This document shows positions 27,029 to 35,518 of a DNA stretch of 37,683 bases, piece after piece; within the stretch, counting starts at the first letter, position 1, and each line of letters begins with the position of its first letter. Location: positions 1 through 37,683 of the forward strand of contig CAZKED010000009.1 of the NCBI GenBank assembly GCA_964551725.1, in the 5' to 3' direction. The position numbers and the translations under genes are program-made. Source of the DNA: an uncultured archaeon. Lineage in GTDB: Archaea > Iainarchaeota > Iainarchaeia > Iainarchaeales > DTGL01. The notes under the pieces are model-generated. The model was not told where the DNA came from. It ran no database searches and saw nothing but the letters and a program-made list of their open reading frames with translations.

Positions 27029-28684
27029 TCACTTGTAGAGCGCGCAGCCGTACATGTGCTTGCTTATCTCCTCAATATCGAATTTTTTTGAATGCTTTCT
27101 GCAGAGTTTTTCCAGCTCTTTCCTAGAATAGGATTTGGAGAGCTTGGACTGCTTGTAGAATGCGTCCACGTTGTCGAGCAGAACGTTGCAGTTCTCGTCA
27201 ATTTTAACATCCCTGTGCCCGTTGCGGGTCTTGTACATTTCAACCCTCTCCGACTCGTAGCCCTTTTTGTAAACAGTGAAGTACAAAACCCTTGAAACGC
27301 GCATCATTTCCTTAATCCACTCGTGCTCGTTGCCCTGCCAGCCTATGAGATTCGACGAATTGATGCAGAGGTCGAAGTAATCCGAGTCATAGGGAACGCT
27401 CTCCTTTTTTTGGACCAAACAGTGAAGTATGTTCACCCTGTCGTCCTTCCTGAACCTCCGCAACACGGAACCATAAATTGCCTCGTTCTGCTCCAAGCCG
27501 ACGACCTTGTCCGCCTTTATTCCCGAATCGAGAAGCAGGCGTATAATCCTGCCGCTCCCGCAGCCCGGCTCTATTATCCTCCGCGGCTTTAGCTTTTTCG
27601 CGAATTCGGTTATTGCCTTCCCCTCCGCGCTCCAGATTTCGTACCACATTTTCGCAGGGCAGGGCGCCATTGCCTTCCATTCCCCCGCCAGCAGTTTTTT
27701 CTCAGTGTCATCGTAGCAGTCAATGCAGGCATTCTTCATGCTCACGCTCGGCTTCAGTCTGCGGAGCCTTTCCTCTATCTGCGCCGCGGAATACGAGCGC
27801 TTTATCGGCTGGGAGAAAAGGCGCATGTTCTGGTAGATTGCCATGTACTTTTTAATCTCCGAGTCATTGAATATAACTTTTCCGCCGCCGACAGCGCGGT
27901 TCTCCATAACGTCAATGCTCATCAAAAAGCGGTCGCCGTTCGCCAGGAGCACAATTCCGAAATCCTCGTACTCGCTCTTCGAAATTTCGTCAGTGCACAG
28001 CACTCTGACAGGAATCTCCCAGTTCTGCGAGGCAACAGTTTCTGCAAGCATTTTAAGGAATTCCCTGTCCTTGAGCTGGGATTTTTCCACCAAAAAAATT
28101 CTCTCGAAGTTTATTTTCTGGAAATCGAACCCCGGAAACTTTTTTTTCACGAGGCGCCAGTATTTTTCCTTCTCTTTTTGCGGTGAATTCCTGTACGATT
28201 CAATGTTCCTCATCTGGCTCGCCGAATAAACCTGCATTTCGGCTTCCTTCCAGTTAACAGGGTTTATGGAGCTTGTGACGCGGAAGAACACGACATTGTT
28301 CTGGTTGTGTATGTCCGCCCAGAAGCGGAAGTATTCGGAGCCGGTAAGCTTCAAAAAGCCGCGTGACAGGTTCTCCAGTGAATTCACCAGCAGCTGCTTG
28401 TACCTGCGGGACTTCACCGAGGACAAAAGCCTGTTCGCTTCCCTGGCGAACGCCGCCTCGTTGACTTCCTTCTCCCCGGCTCCCTGGAGCAGTGATGCAG
28501 AGAGCGCTTTTTTCTCGCGCTCCTCGAAAAATTTGGAATGCTTTATGTAGAGTTCCTGCGCAGAGCCCTTCTCCTTTCCCACCGCTTTTTCTATTGTGTG
28601 CACTTTGCCGTCAGGCAGGCGGAAGGACCTGCAGAGGTAGCGGTATTTTTTTCCCTTAACGCGCTTCTCCTTAAAATAAGCCAT
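27029..28684 (-). CDS. Multidomain protein with C-terminal class I SAM-dependent methyltransferase
   Basis: IIEPGCGSGR, VVGLE, PYDSDYFDL, EMMRVS; basic beta-rich N-terminus. Confidence 0.75.
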   Translation of the reverse strand: MAYFKEKRVKGKKYRYLCRSFRLPDGKVHTIEKAVGKEKGSAQELYIKHSKFFEEREKKALSASLLQGAGEKEVNEAAFAREANRLLSSVKSRRYKQLLVNSLENLSRGFLKLTGSEYFRFWADIHNQNNVVFFRVTSSINPVNWKEAEMQVYSASQMRNIESYRNSPQKEKEKYWRLVKKKFPGFDFQKINFERIFLVEKSQLKDREFLKMLAETVASQNWEIPVRVLCTDEISKSEYEDFGIVLLANGDRFLMSIDVMENRAVGGGKVIFNDSEIKKYMAIYQNMRLFSQPIKRSYSAAQIEERLRRLKPSVSMKNACIDCYDDTEKKLLAGEWKAMAPCPAKMWYEIWSAEGKAITEFAKKLKPRRIIEPGCGSGRIIRLLLDSGIKADKVVGLEQNEAIYGSVLRRFRKDDRVNILHCLVQKKESVPYDSDYFDLCINSSNLIGWQGNEHEWIKEMMRVSRVLYFTVYKKGYESERVEMYKTRNGHRDVKIDENCNVLLDNVDAFYKQSKLSKSYSRKELEKLCRKHSKKFDIEEISKHMYGCALYK

Positions 28685-28691
28685 AATTAAT

Positions 28692-28735
28692 AATTATCCC
28701 TACCGCTATTTAAGAGTTTCGCTGTAGGGATAATT
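28692..28735. promoter_or_regulatory. 12-bp perfect inverted repeat flanking the TATA box of the 551-aa gene
   Basis: AATTATCCCTAC-N20-GTAGGGATAATT. Confidence 0.65.
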
Positions 28736-28760
28736 CGCCGGAGCAGGCGGGCGCGAAAGG

Positions 28761-28785
28761 ATTAAATTCTCTCCCGGCGCTATTG
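28761..28785 (+). repeat. Junction element, degenerate copy
   Basis: ATTAAATT-CTCTCCCG-GCGCTATTG, then ATG 28791. Confidence 0.6.
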
Positions 28786-28790
28786 TTCTT

Positions 28791-28938
28791 ATGGGAGTTT
28801 CAAGAAAGAGAAGGCTCGAACTCAGGAAAAATCGCCGGCGCGCCGGTTGCAACTCTCGCCCTTAAGCAGGAAGAAATAAAAAGCGGGAAGCACGCGGAAA
28901 AAGCCCGGCAGTTCGCGGAGAAAATACGCAGGGCTTGA
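28791..28938 (+). pseudogene. Possible frameshifted small basic ORF
   Basis: MGVSRKRRLELRK...; stops after 24 codons, but removing one A from the A5 run near 28827-28831 gives a 48-aa ORF ending at TGA 28936-28938. Confidence 0.35.
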
Positions 28939-28949
28939 CAGCCAAAACC

Positions 28950-28974
28950 ATTAAATTAACCCGCTGCACTAATT
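28950..28974 (+). repeat. Junction element, full copy 1
   Basis: ATTAAATT-AACCCGCT-GCACTAATT, ATG 6 nt later. Confidence 0.85.
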
Positions 28975-28980
28975 GTTTTT

Positions 28981-29523
28981 ATGGCCAGGAAGCGCAGCCG
29001 CCCAGAGCGGCGTTCCGGGCAGGAAAAAATACGCGTGAATTTCACATTGCACGAGGAAAACATACGCAATGTGACCGTGAGACCCTGGATTGCGCCGAAA
29101 GACCGCTCAAAAACGGAATACAGAAAGCTCGGACACCTGAACAGAACGCTGCACACGCGCTACAGGCGCGTTTTCGGGGTTGAAGAACCGCTTCAAAAAC
29201 CGGGCGTGGAACTCATTGGTTCCACCGTTGACTCCCGGGGAAAAAGAACGTACTGGTACAGGGACAGGAGAAGGCAAAAAAAGGTCACTTTTTTCATGGA
29301 CAACCCGCGCTTTCAGGTCTGGATAGAGCAAGCGGAAAGAAGAGGCATTCAGGTACGGAGCTACGGGCAACTGGCAGCGGACTTCAATGTTCCTAGAGAG
29401 CAGGCGAGAAGCGAATTCCGCAAGCTCGGCCGCGGTCTCGGAATGAAAGGCAATTCACTCAAAATATTCACCCGGAACTGCCTGGCACAGTACGACCAGC
29501 ACCTGGCAGCAATGCCAAGGTAA
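28981..29523 (+). CDS. Orphan basic protein, possible C-terminal HTH
   Basis: 180-aa ORF, MARKRSRPERR N-terminus, SYGQLAADFNVPREQARSEF. Confidence 0.65.
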   Translation: MARKRSRPERRSGQEKIRVNFTLHEENIRNVTVRPWIAPKDRSKTEYRKLGHLNRTLHTRYRRVFGVEEPLQKPGVELIGSTVDSRGKRTYWYRDRRRQKKVTFFMDNPRFQVWIEQAERRGIQVRSYGQLAADFNVPREQARSEFRKLGRGLGMKGNSLKIFTRNCLAQYDQHLAAMPR

Positions 29524-29704
29524 GCGCAAGCCACGGAACCGTTAAATCCCCGAGGAGAACAATAGCGAGCCAACTCCGAAATAATTAAATTCCCCGCGGA
29601 AAGCGTGCGGAGTTCCGGCAATTTTCCAGTGCAGGAGGCAATCCCTATCATTATATCCTTTTTGGTCTTATCTCTGTTCAAGGTTTTTTTTGTCGGGCGG
29701 GACC

Positions 29705-30307
29705 GTGAAGAGCATTTTTCTTGCTGCACTTGCCTGTTTTTTGATTCTCTCGGCGGGCTGCCTCACCAACAGAGAAGCATCAATGTGGGCTGCGATAGGG
29801 CTCGCGGAGAAAACACCGGAAGGAGAGCTCGCCGGAATGCTGCTGACCGCGCTCGAAAAAACCGACGAATGCGAATTCGGGGAATGCAAGTGGGTTTTCG
29901 GCATGCTCAAGGGATTTGCGCCGGAAGAGCACAAAGAGGCGTTCCAATTAAGCGATGAAGAACTCGAAGCGCTCATGGAGAAATCCAAGGAATGCAGACC
30001 TTTTGTTAAGAGGAACGTGGAAGTGGTAAGCGAAGAAGTGTGCATAATAGGATACGAAGTCATTGTAAGCGATTCCTGCCTGCTGGATTCGTTCAACGAA
30101 GCCGGCGGAAAAGAGTTCCTTGTAGTCAGGGCTGATTTAAGCGTTTCGGAAGCGGAGGTACTGGAGGGAAAGCTCGACGAAGAGCTGATAGCCCAGGTAA
30201 ATGCCTTAAAGCCCGGGATGGCGATAGTCGGCAACTGCTTTGCGCCGGTTGCCGGAGCAATAGGACTGCAGTATTTCACTCCAGGCACTGCAGCACCCGC
30301 GCAATAA
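29705..30307 (+). CDS. Putative lipoprotein
   Basis: GTG start, MKSIFLAALACFLILSAGC lipobox-like signal; acidic, Cys-containing mature part. Confidence 0.68.
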   Translation: MKSIFLAALACFLILSAGCLTNREASMWAAIGLAEKTPEGELAGMLLTALEKTDECEFGECKWVFGMLKGFAPEEHKEAFQLSDEELEALMEKSKECRPFVKRNVEVVSEEVCIIGYEVIVSDSCLLDSFNEAGGKEFLVVRADLSVSEAEVLEGKLDEELIAQVNALKPGMAIVGNCFAPVAGAIGLQYFTPGTAAPAQ

Positions 30308-30328
30308 CGGGAAAAGAATTAAATTCCA
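30306..30328 (+). repeat. Junction element, core plus left arm
   Basis: CGGGAAAAGAATTAAATTCCA identical to 33865-33885; AACGGGAAAAGAATTAAATT identical to 35475-35494. Confidence 0.85.
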
Positions 30329-30374
30329 GCGGAAGACATTAACGGTCTTTTTTCTTTTTGTATTTCCTGGTGAA

Positions 30375-30716
30375 TCAAAGCGACAGGCTTGTCCTGAGCG
30401 CCTCGTCGACTTTGTCCATTGTTCCCTTTTTCAACGAGCCGATTTTGCTGATTATTCTGTCTTCAATGGAAATCGTTCTCAACTGGTTGCATAAAACCAG
30501 ACCCTCTTTTTTCAATCCGCCCTCCCCGGTGGAAAGCCGGACCATAAAAGGGTATTCCCTTTCGGTTTTGGAAGTGATTGCGGCAATAATTGTTGTCGGG
30601 CTCATTTTGTTGCCCACATCGTTTTGTATTACAAGGCAGGGCCTTGTCTTGCCCTGCTCCGAGCCCTTCACTGGGTCCAGTTTTGCCAGAACAACGTTCC
30701 CTCTCCTAATATTCAT
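30375..30716 (-). CDS. mazF: PemK/MazF family toxin
   Basis: IRRG...LDPVKGSEQGKTRPCLVIQND.GN..SPTTI and QLRTI motifs. Confidence 0.93.
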   Translation of the reverse strand: MNIRRGNVVLAKLDPVKGSEQGKTRPCLVIQNDVGNKMSPTTIIAAITSKTEREYPFMVRLSTGEGGLKKEGLVLCNQLRTISIEDRIISKIGSLKKGTMDKVDEALRTSLSL

Positions 30717-30972
30717 CCAAAAACCTGTCCGCTTCCCTGCTCGCGTGCTCCCATTCCCTGCACACTTCAAGGTTTAATTTGGCCATTTTCTTATAGCCTT
30801 CGGCCATCAGTTTTTCCCTCTCCTTTTTTGAAAGCTTTTTCTCAACAACAATTTTGCCGTCCTCAATCTTCACAATAACCTCTTCCCCGGGTCTCAATCC
30901 CTCGATTTTCCTGATTGTTTTGGGAATTGTTATCTGCCCGCGCTCTCCGACAACGCTAATGCTCTCATACAA
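30706..30972 (-). CDS. AbrB/MazE family antitoxin
   Basis: VGERGQITIPKTIRKIEGLRPGEEV; TTG start after GGAGG. Confidence 0.85.
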   Translation of the reverse strand: MYESISVVGERGQITIPKTIRKIEGLRPGEEVIVKIEDGKIVVEKKLSKKEREKLMAEGYKKMAKLNLEVCREWEHASREADRFLDEY

Positions 30973-31127
30973 AAAACCGCCTCCCGCAAAAACCTCATAC
31001 ATATTTAATACATATTTATTCATACCGATTCATATTTATTTGTTTCCCTCCGCGTTCCCAGTTGAGCCGACCTTTTTTAAAGCGCTTTCAGGGCATGTTT
31101 CCCCTAAAACCCTGCAACGGAGAAACA

Positions 31128-31152
31128 ATTAAATTCCCTCACTGCACTAATT
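31128..31152 (+). repeat. Junction element, full copy 2
   Basis: ATTAAATT-CCCTCACT-GCACTAATT, ATG 5 nt later. Confidence 0.85.
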
Positions 31153-31157
31153 ATTCC

Positions 31158-31667
31158 ATGCCGCGCGCAAGGTCCGGAAGCAAGAAAAAAACCGGGGGCC
31201 AGAAAAAAGATTCAAGAAAGGGCAATCCAAACATTATAAGGGCGGCAGAAAAGGCAACCCAAGCCAGCCTCCAAGCAAGGAAGGGAAAAAAAAGACTGGA
31301 TTATGCCAGAATTATTCTAAAGTGCTGGGAGGCAGCCAAAAAAAACGAAAGAATCCCTTTTCAATCCTTGTTCCACAGGCAGGTTAAACAGGACGGGGAC
31401 ACCCGCGGCTCCATGACTGGAATACGCGGCTACGGTTCAATTAAGGGAATGCTTGCCACACTGGAAAGAATGGGATGGATTAAACTGGAAACGGATGGCC
31501 AGAAATTCTACATTTTAACCTTCCGCGCGCAAAGAGAGCTTGAACGGAGATCGGAAAACCGCGAAATAACCAGGGCGGAGGACATAGGGCCGATTACTTC
31601 ACTCAAGCCCGACGAGGAAAGCCGGACAACCCGCCTTATCGGCACCAGACTAAGGCAAAACAATTAA
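31158..31667 (+). CDS. Orphan basic protein with winged-helix-like segment
   Basis: MPRARSGSKKK N-terminus; MLATLERMGWIKLETDGQKFYILT wing motif; stop codon lies inside the downstream repeat. Confidence 0.65.
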   Translation: MPRARSGSKKKTGGQKKDSRKGNPNIIRAAEKATQASLQARKGKKRLDYARIILKCWEAAKKNERIPFQSLFHRQVKQDGDTRGSMTGIRGYGSIKGMLATLERMGWIKLETDGQKFYILTFRAQRELERRSENREITRAEDIGPITSLKPDEESRTTRLIGTRLRQNN

Positions 31668-31687
31668 ATTCTCCCACCGCCTGGATT
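31658..31687 (+). repeat. Junction element, degenerate copy
   Basis: AAACAATTAAATTCTCCCACCGC, 20/23 identical to 31123-31145. Confidence 0.8.
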
Positions 31688-31798
31688 TCTTTATGCCGTA
31701 CGCCAGCCCGGAATAACCAGGAAGAATTGGCCGGGCAATCGAACGGCAGCAGCGCCGTTAAGCCAAAAGCAGGCAGCCGGAAAAAAAGCGCCTTGCCT

Positions 31799-32038
31799 TT
31801 AACGCGCTTTCTTTTTGGATTGCCTGTTCAAGCAGATTACTTGGAGTGTAGATGGCTGGATGCTCGCAATTTCATGTTTTACTTTCCTGAACGAGCCCGG
31901 GCTCAGGTTGTTCCTTCTCCGCTCGCGGACACTGCCCTGCCCGGGATAGCCGTAAAGCGAAGGCCCTGCCCTGGCACCCCACTTGAGCGTTCCCGGTCCA
32001 TTGCCAGACACAATCCCAATTTGTTCTTTTACCGCCAT
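31799..32038 (-). CDS. Small hypothetical protein (79 aa)
   Basis: GGGGTGA RBS before ATG 32038; no recognisable motif. Confidence 0.4.
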   Translation of the reverse strand: MAVKEQIGIVSGNGPGTLKWGARAGPSLYGYPGQGSVRERRRNNLSPGSFRKVKHEIASIQPSTLQVICLNRQSKKKAR

Positions 32039-32272
32039 CAAATCACCCCTTAAAAAAACGCCTTTTTTGAAAGCCAAGGAAAAAATAATTCCAGCCATAA
32101 AAAAAAGCAGGCGAAAACAATTGCTCCCGCTCGCATATCTCTTACATAATACATGCAGCAATCACCATATAAACAGGAGAAAAACGAGTTTTCGCCAAAA
32201 ACAAAGCCGCTGACCCCCCGCGCCTGCACCTGACGCGCGCCAAAGTGGGAAAAGCGGGGAAAAGGAGAAAAA

Positions 32273-32638
32273 TCAGCTTTTGGCGAGTTCGATTTTGAGC
32301 GATCCATACAGTGCTTTAAGGCGGACTGCCTGCCTTTCCTTTTTTTTGCTTACAAGACAGTATTTTTCCAGTACGCTTGCGTCCCTGCTTATTGCTTCCT
32401 GCTTTCTCCTGAGCTCTTTTGCAATTTCGCTTACGGATTTTTTCTCCGAACCGTGCTCAATGAGGTATCTAATCAACTCAATTCTTTTAGGCGACAGTAT
32501 TTCATTCAATTCCGCGCTGTCCCTAAGGTAAAGCGTGTGTGTTCCGGGAACCGCCTTTTTTGGATTCTTGTACACAACCCCCAGTTCCCTGTCCATTCTG
32601 CCAATCTTTATAATCAAGTCCTTCATTCTACACACCAT
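32273..32638 (-). CDS. wHTH protein (HVO_A0114-like), putative antitoxin
   Basis: LSPKRIELIRYL...SVSEIAKELRRKQEAISRDASVLEKYCLV. Confidence 0.75.
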   Translation of the reverse strand: MVCRMKDLIIKIGRMDRELGVVYKNPKKAVPGTHTLYLRDSAELNEILSPKRIELIRYLIEHGSEKKSVSEIAKELRRKQEAISRDASVLEKYCLVSKKKERQAVRLKALYGSLKIELAKS

Positions 32639-32639
32639 T

Positions 32640-32666
32640 ATTATATAACACCATAGGTTATATAAT
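32640..32666. promoter_or_regulatory. Inverted repeat, putative operator
   Basis: ATTATATAAC-ACCATAG-GTTATATAAT immediately upstream of the HTH gene. Confidence 0.6.
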
Positions 32667-32674
32667 TGTTTCTT

Positions 32675-33010
32675 TCAGGGTTTTCCTTCCAGGAACCTTG
32701 CCCTGTAGAGCCTCCAATTTTCCCTAATGTCCTGCACGAATTCTTTTAGCGTTTCAAAACTCTTCTCCCTTTCCATGTATCTTTTCTCTTTTTTGCCTTT
32801 GCAGTGCCTGTGGACGTGCGTTCCCTCTTTTTCGCTGCAGTCGTATTTTACCACTTCTTTTATTTCCCCTTCCATTGCAATGAGGTATATTACAGCAAAT
32901 TCCCGCACTTCCTTAAAATCCTCGGAGAAAATGTATTTCACGAATAATATGTTCTGCCCCTCACTGTCCAGAAACTCACTCCAACTCTGCTCTCTTTCCG
33001 CTTTACGCAT
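32675..33010 (-). CDS. Putative toxin, DUF6516/TumE-like
   Basis: EVVKYDC......HVH motif; upstream of an HVO_A0114-like HTH gene. Confidence 0.55.
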   Translation of the reverse strand: MRKAEREQSWSEFLDSEGQNILFVKYIFSEDFKEVREFAVIYLIAMEGEIKEVVKYDCSEKEGTHVHRHCKGKKEKRYMEREKSFETLKEFVQDIRENWRLYRARFLEGKP

Positions 33011-33121
33011 AACAATAAAACCAATTGAAGCAGTTTTAAACAAAACCAGACCGCAATTCCCCTAAACTCTGGGCGGGCGCGCCCGGTAGCAATCGCTCCA
33101 GCAACAAAAACGAAAAACAAA

Positions 33122-33158
33122 GGCGGGAAAAGGATTAAATTATCTCATCGCACTAATT
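33122..33158 (+). repeat. Junction element, full copy 3
   Basis: GGCGGGAAAAGG-ATTAAATT-ATCTCATC-GCACTAATT, ATG 5 nt later. Confidence 0.85.
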
Positions 33159-33163
33159 GTTTT

Positions 33164-33844
33164 ATGCCCAACATTGACGCAATCCGCCTGAAGGCAAGCC
33201 AGAGAGCTGCCCGAAAGGCGCTTGCCGAGAGCTTGAGGAAGGAGAGGCGCTCCGGCAGGAGAGGGCAGTCCCCCTTCGCACAATATTTGTGGATGGACAC
33301 AGGCATTGAAACAATCGCCAGGTTCCTGAAAATTGATTTTAACAGAATTGTCGCAGAATCCCCGGACACCGCCCACATAGTCGAACTGGGCTGCGGGGAC
33401 GGAAAAGCAGCAAAAGGATTGAGAGCGCGGTTCCCCGACAGGGAAAGGGTCAGGATTTCCGCTGTTTCCCTCAACAAGAGCCCGGAATGGACCGACAGGA
33501 GAGTCGACTGGATTGTTTCCCCTTTCCACAGACTGGAGGAAAAACTAGAAAAAGGGAGTGTCAGCGCTTTCTATTCATGGTACGGGCTGGAGAACTCCCC
33601 TGACCTCAGAAGGGATTCAGGAGTCATCCGCTCACTTCTGAAACCCGGGGGACTGCTCGTAACAACCTTTCCCTGCTACGAGGAAACAAGGCGGGGAGAA
33701 TATAGGGCGGTCATTCCCGAGGAATACCTCGACCGGATGCCGGGCTTCGAACTGGAAGGCCTCCACATTGTGAAACGAAAGGGCGCGGAACTCGACGACC
33801 ACTGGGTTCTCCGCCTGAAAAAAGCGCCCGGTCAACCACGCTGA
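33164..33844 (+). CDS. Class I SAM-dependent methyltransferase-like protein with Arg-rich N-terminus
   Basis: IVELGCGDG and LLKPGGLLV motifs. Confidence 0.75.
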   Translation: MPNIDAIRLKASQRAARKALAESLRKERRSGRRGQSPFAQYLWMDTGIETIARFLKIDFNRIVAESPDTAHIVELGCGDGKAAKGLRARFPDRERVRISAVSLNKSPEWTDRRVDWIVSPFHRLEEKLEKGSVSAFYSWYGLENSPDLRRDSGVIRSLLKPGGLLVTTFPCYEETRRGEYRAVIPEEYLDRMPGFELEGLHIVKRKGAELDDHWVLRLKKAPGQPR

Positions 33845-33862
33845 CAAAGCGCCCCGCACCAC

Positions 33863-33885
33863 GGCGGGAAAAGAATTAAATTCCA
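33863..33885 (+). repeat. Junction element, core plus left arm
   Basis: GGCGGGAAAAGAATTAAATT, 19/20 identical to 33122-33141. Confidence 0.85.
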
Positions 33886-33937
33886 TCGTCACCCCCAACA
33901 CAATATTTATATACATTTGTATGCAATAGTATACATT

Positions 33938-34165
33938 ATGGGCAGCACTACCGTGAGATTGAGCGTTCCTGTAAAGGAACGGCTTGAGGAATTCAAGAAC
34001 TTTGAGCGCGAGTCCTTTGAGGACGTGATTGAAAGGCTTTTGAACATTGCAAGCGATGAACCTTTGTCCAGCGCGGAAATAAGGCAGATTGAGGCATCGC
34101 TCAAAGACTTGAAGGAAGGAAAAGTGCTCAGTCTCAAGGAAGCAGAGAAAACGTGGGGCATTTGA
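33938..34165 (+). CDS. Antitoxin (RelB-like)
   Basis: TTVRLS..VKERL...ESFEDVIERLL; acidic C-terminus; abuts relE. Confidence 0.78.
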   Translation: MGSTTVRLSVPVKERLEEFKNFERESFEDVIERLLNIASDEPLSSAEIRQIEASLKDLKEGKVLSLKEAEKTWGI

Positions 34166-34420
34166 TTGTTCGAACTCTTTTTAACCAAAACATTTGCCCG
34201 TGAATTCAAAAAACTCGAAAAAAAGGAAAGGGAACGCATTAAGAAAAAACTGCGTCTCACGGCTCAGAAGCCCGACTCCTACTACGAACGCCTGACCGGT
34301 CACGGTTTATTCAAGCTCCGCGTGGGAAAATACAGGTTGATTGCCCAGATTAACTGGACTGCAAAAAAAATAACCCTTTTGAGCGTAAAGCACAGACAAC
34401 AAGCTTACAGGAAACTCTGA
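34166..34420 (+). CDS. relE: RelE/ParE family toxin
   Basis: FKLRVGKYRLI and VKHRQQAY motifs. Confidence 0.88.
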   Translation: MFELFLTKTFAREFKKLEKKERERIKKKLRLTAQKPDSYYERLTGHGLFKLRVGKYRLIAQINWTAKKITLLSVKHRQQAYRKL

Positions 34421-34487
34421 CCTCAATTTTCTTATTTTTTTAAAAAAACGATTATTTTTTATAATGAATGATTGTTTTATATATAAT

Positions 34488-35033
34488 ATGTTTTACGGCT
34501 GGAACAAATTCAAGGGCTGGGAGATACTGGAATTCTTCCTGGAAAAAGACGAAAAAATTCATGTAAATGGCTTGGCAAAAAGGCTTGGCATAAGCCCCGG
34601 CACAGCGCAAAAATATTTGACCGAATACGAAAAACAGGGACTGCTTGAAAGGGAAAAGAATGCAAACGCAATAAACTATAAACTGAAGGAAAGCCCGCTT
34701 TCACTTGAATTGAAAAAAACGCTTTTTCTGGCAAAAATAAGCCCTTTTGTTTCGGAATTCCTCGAGGACAATCCGTTGACCTCAAAACTGGCATTGTACG
34801 GCAGCCACTCAAAAGGCAGTTTTGATGAAAAAAGCGACATCGACCTATTGGCAATAAGCCAGAACAAAAAAATAAACCTTAATGCGCTTAAAAAAATGGA
34901 AAACAAAACAAAAAAAGAGGCAAAAATCCAGGTTTTCACAATAACCGAGTGGAAAAAATTACTGGAAAAAAAAGACCCCTTTGCATTGTCCGTCAAAAAA
35001 AGCAATTTATTGCTTTCAGGTGAACCTTTATGA
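34488..35033 (+). CDS. HTH-fused minimal nucleotidyltransferase (MNT antitoxin)
   Basis: HVNGLAKRLGISPGTAQKYL HTH; LYGSHSKG....SDIDL. Confidence 0.85.
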   Translation: MFYGWNKFKGWEILEFFLEKDEKIHVNGLAKRLGISPGTAQKYLTEYEKQGLLEREKNANAINYKLKESPLSLELKKTLFLAKISPFVSEFLEDNPLTSKLALYGSHSKGSFDEKSDIDLLAISQNKKINLNALKKMENKTKKEAKIQVFTITEWKKLLEKKDPFALSVKKSNLLLSGEPL

Positions 35034-35455
35034 AATTGCATGAATTGATTGACAAAAAACTGCTAATCAAAAGCCCTTCAAACGAAAGCGAAATACAGGG
35101 CTCCCTGGCCGTTGCGGAAAGCTTTCTGGAAAAAGCCAGGGGAAACGCAAAAATTGAATACTTTGACGTTTCTTTCAGTTTGGCGTACCAGGCAATGTTC
35201 CATGCCGCACGCGCAATGCTTTTCAAAAACGGTTACAAGGAAAGAAGCCATTGGGCGGTAATAAAAGCTTTAAAGCAGTTATGCTTGAAAGAAAGGGAAC
35301 TCATTGAATTGCTGGAAACAATGGATTCATACAGGATGACACGCCATGCAATTCAATACTCCGGCCTGGGCTGCTCGAAAGAAGACGCAATGGAAGCAAT
35401 CAACGACGCAGACAAACTCATTGACCTCGTGCACAAAAAACTCTCAAAAACCTAA
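35030..35455 (+). CDS. HEPN-domain protein
   Basis: AYQAMFHAARAML...ERSH and RHAIQY motifs; overlaps the MNT gene by 4 nt. Confidence 0.85.
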   Translation: MKLHELIDKKLLIKSPSNESEIQGSLAVAESFLEKARGNAKIEYFDVSFSLAYQAMFHAARAMLFKNGYKERSHWAVIKALKQLCLKERELIELLETMDSYRMTRHAIQYSGLGCSKEDAMEAINDADKLIDLVHKKLSKT

Positions 35456-35474
35456 CCCGCGCCCGCAGGCACGG

Positions 35475-35511
35475 AACGGGAAAAGAATTAAATTTTCCCG
35501 CTGCACTAATT
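35475..35511 (+). repeat. Junction element, full copy 4
   Basis: AACGGGAAAAGA-ATTAAATT-TTCCCGCT-GCACTAATT, ATG 7 nt later. Confidence 0.85.
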
Positions 35512-35518
35512 TCTTATC

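Noticed and set aside
32110-32196. GGCGAAAAC...GTTTTCGCC inverted repeat as an ncRNA or MITE
   Set aside because: Only 9-bp arms, a single copy and little internal pairing; too weak to call.
32640-32666. Xer/dif site
   Set aside because: The spacer between TATAA and TTATA is 9 nt rather than 6, and the position directly before an HTH gene fits an operator better.
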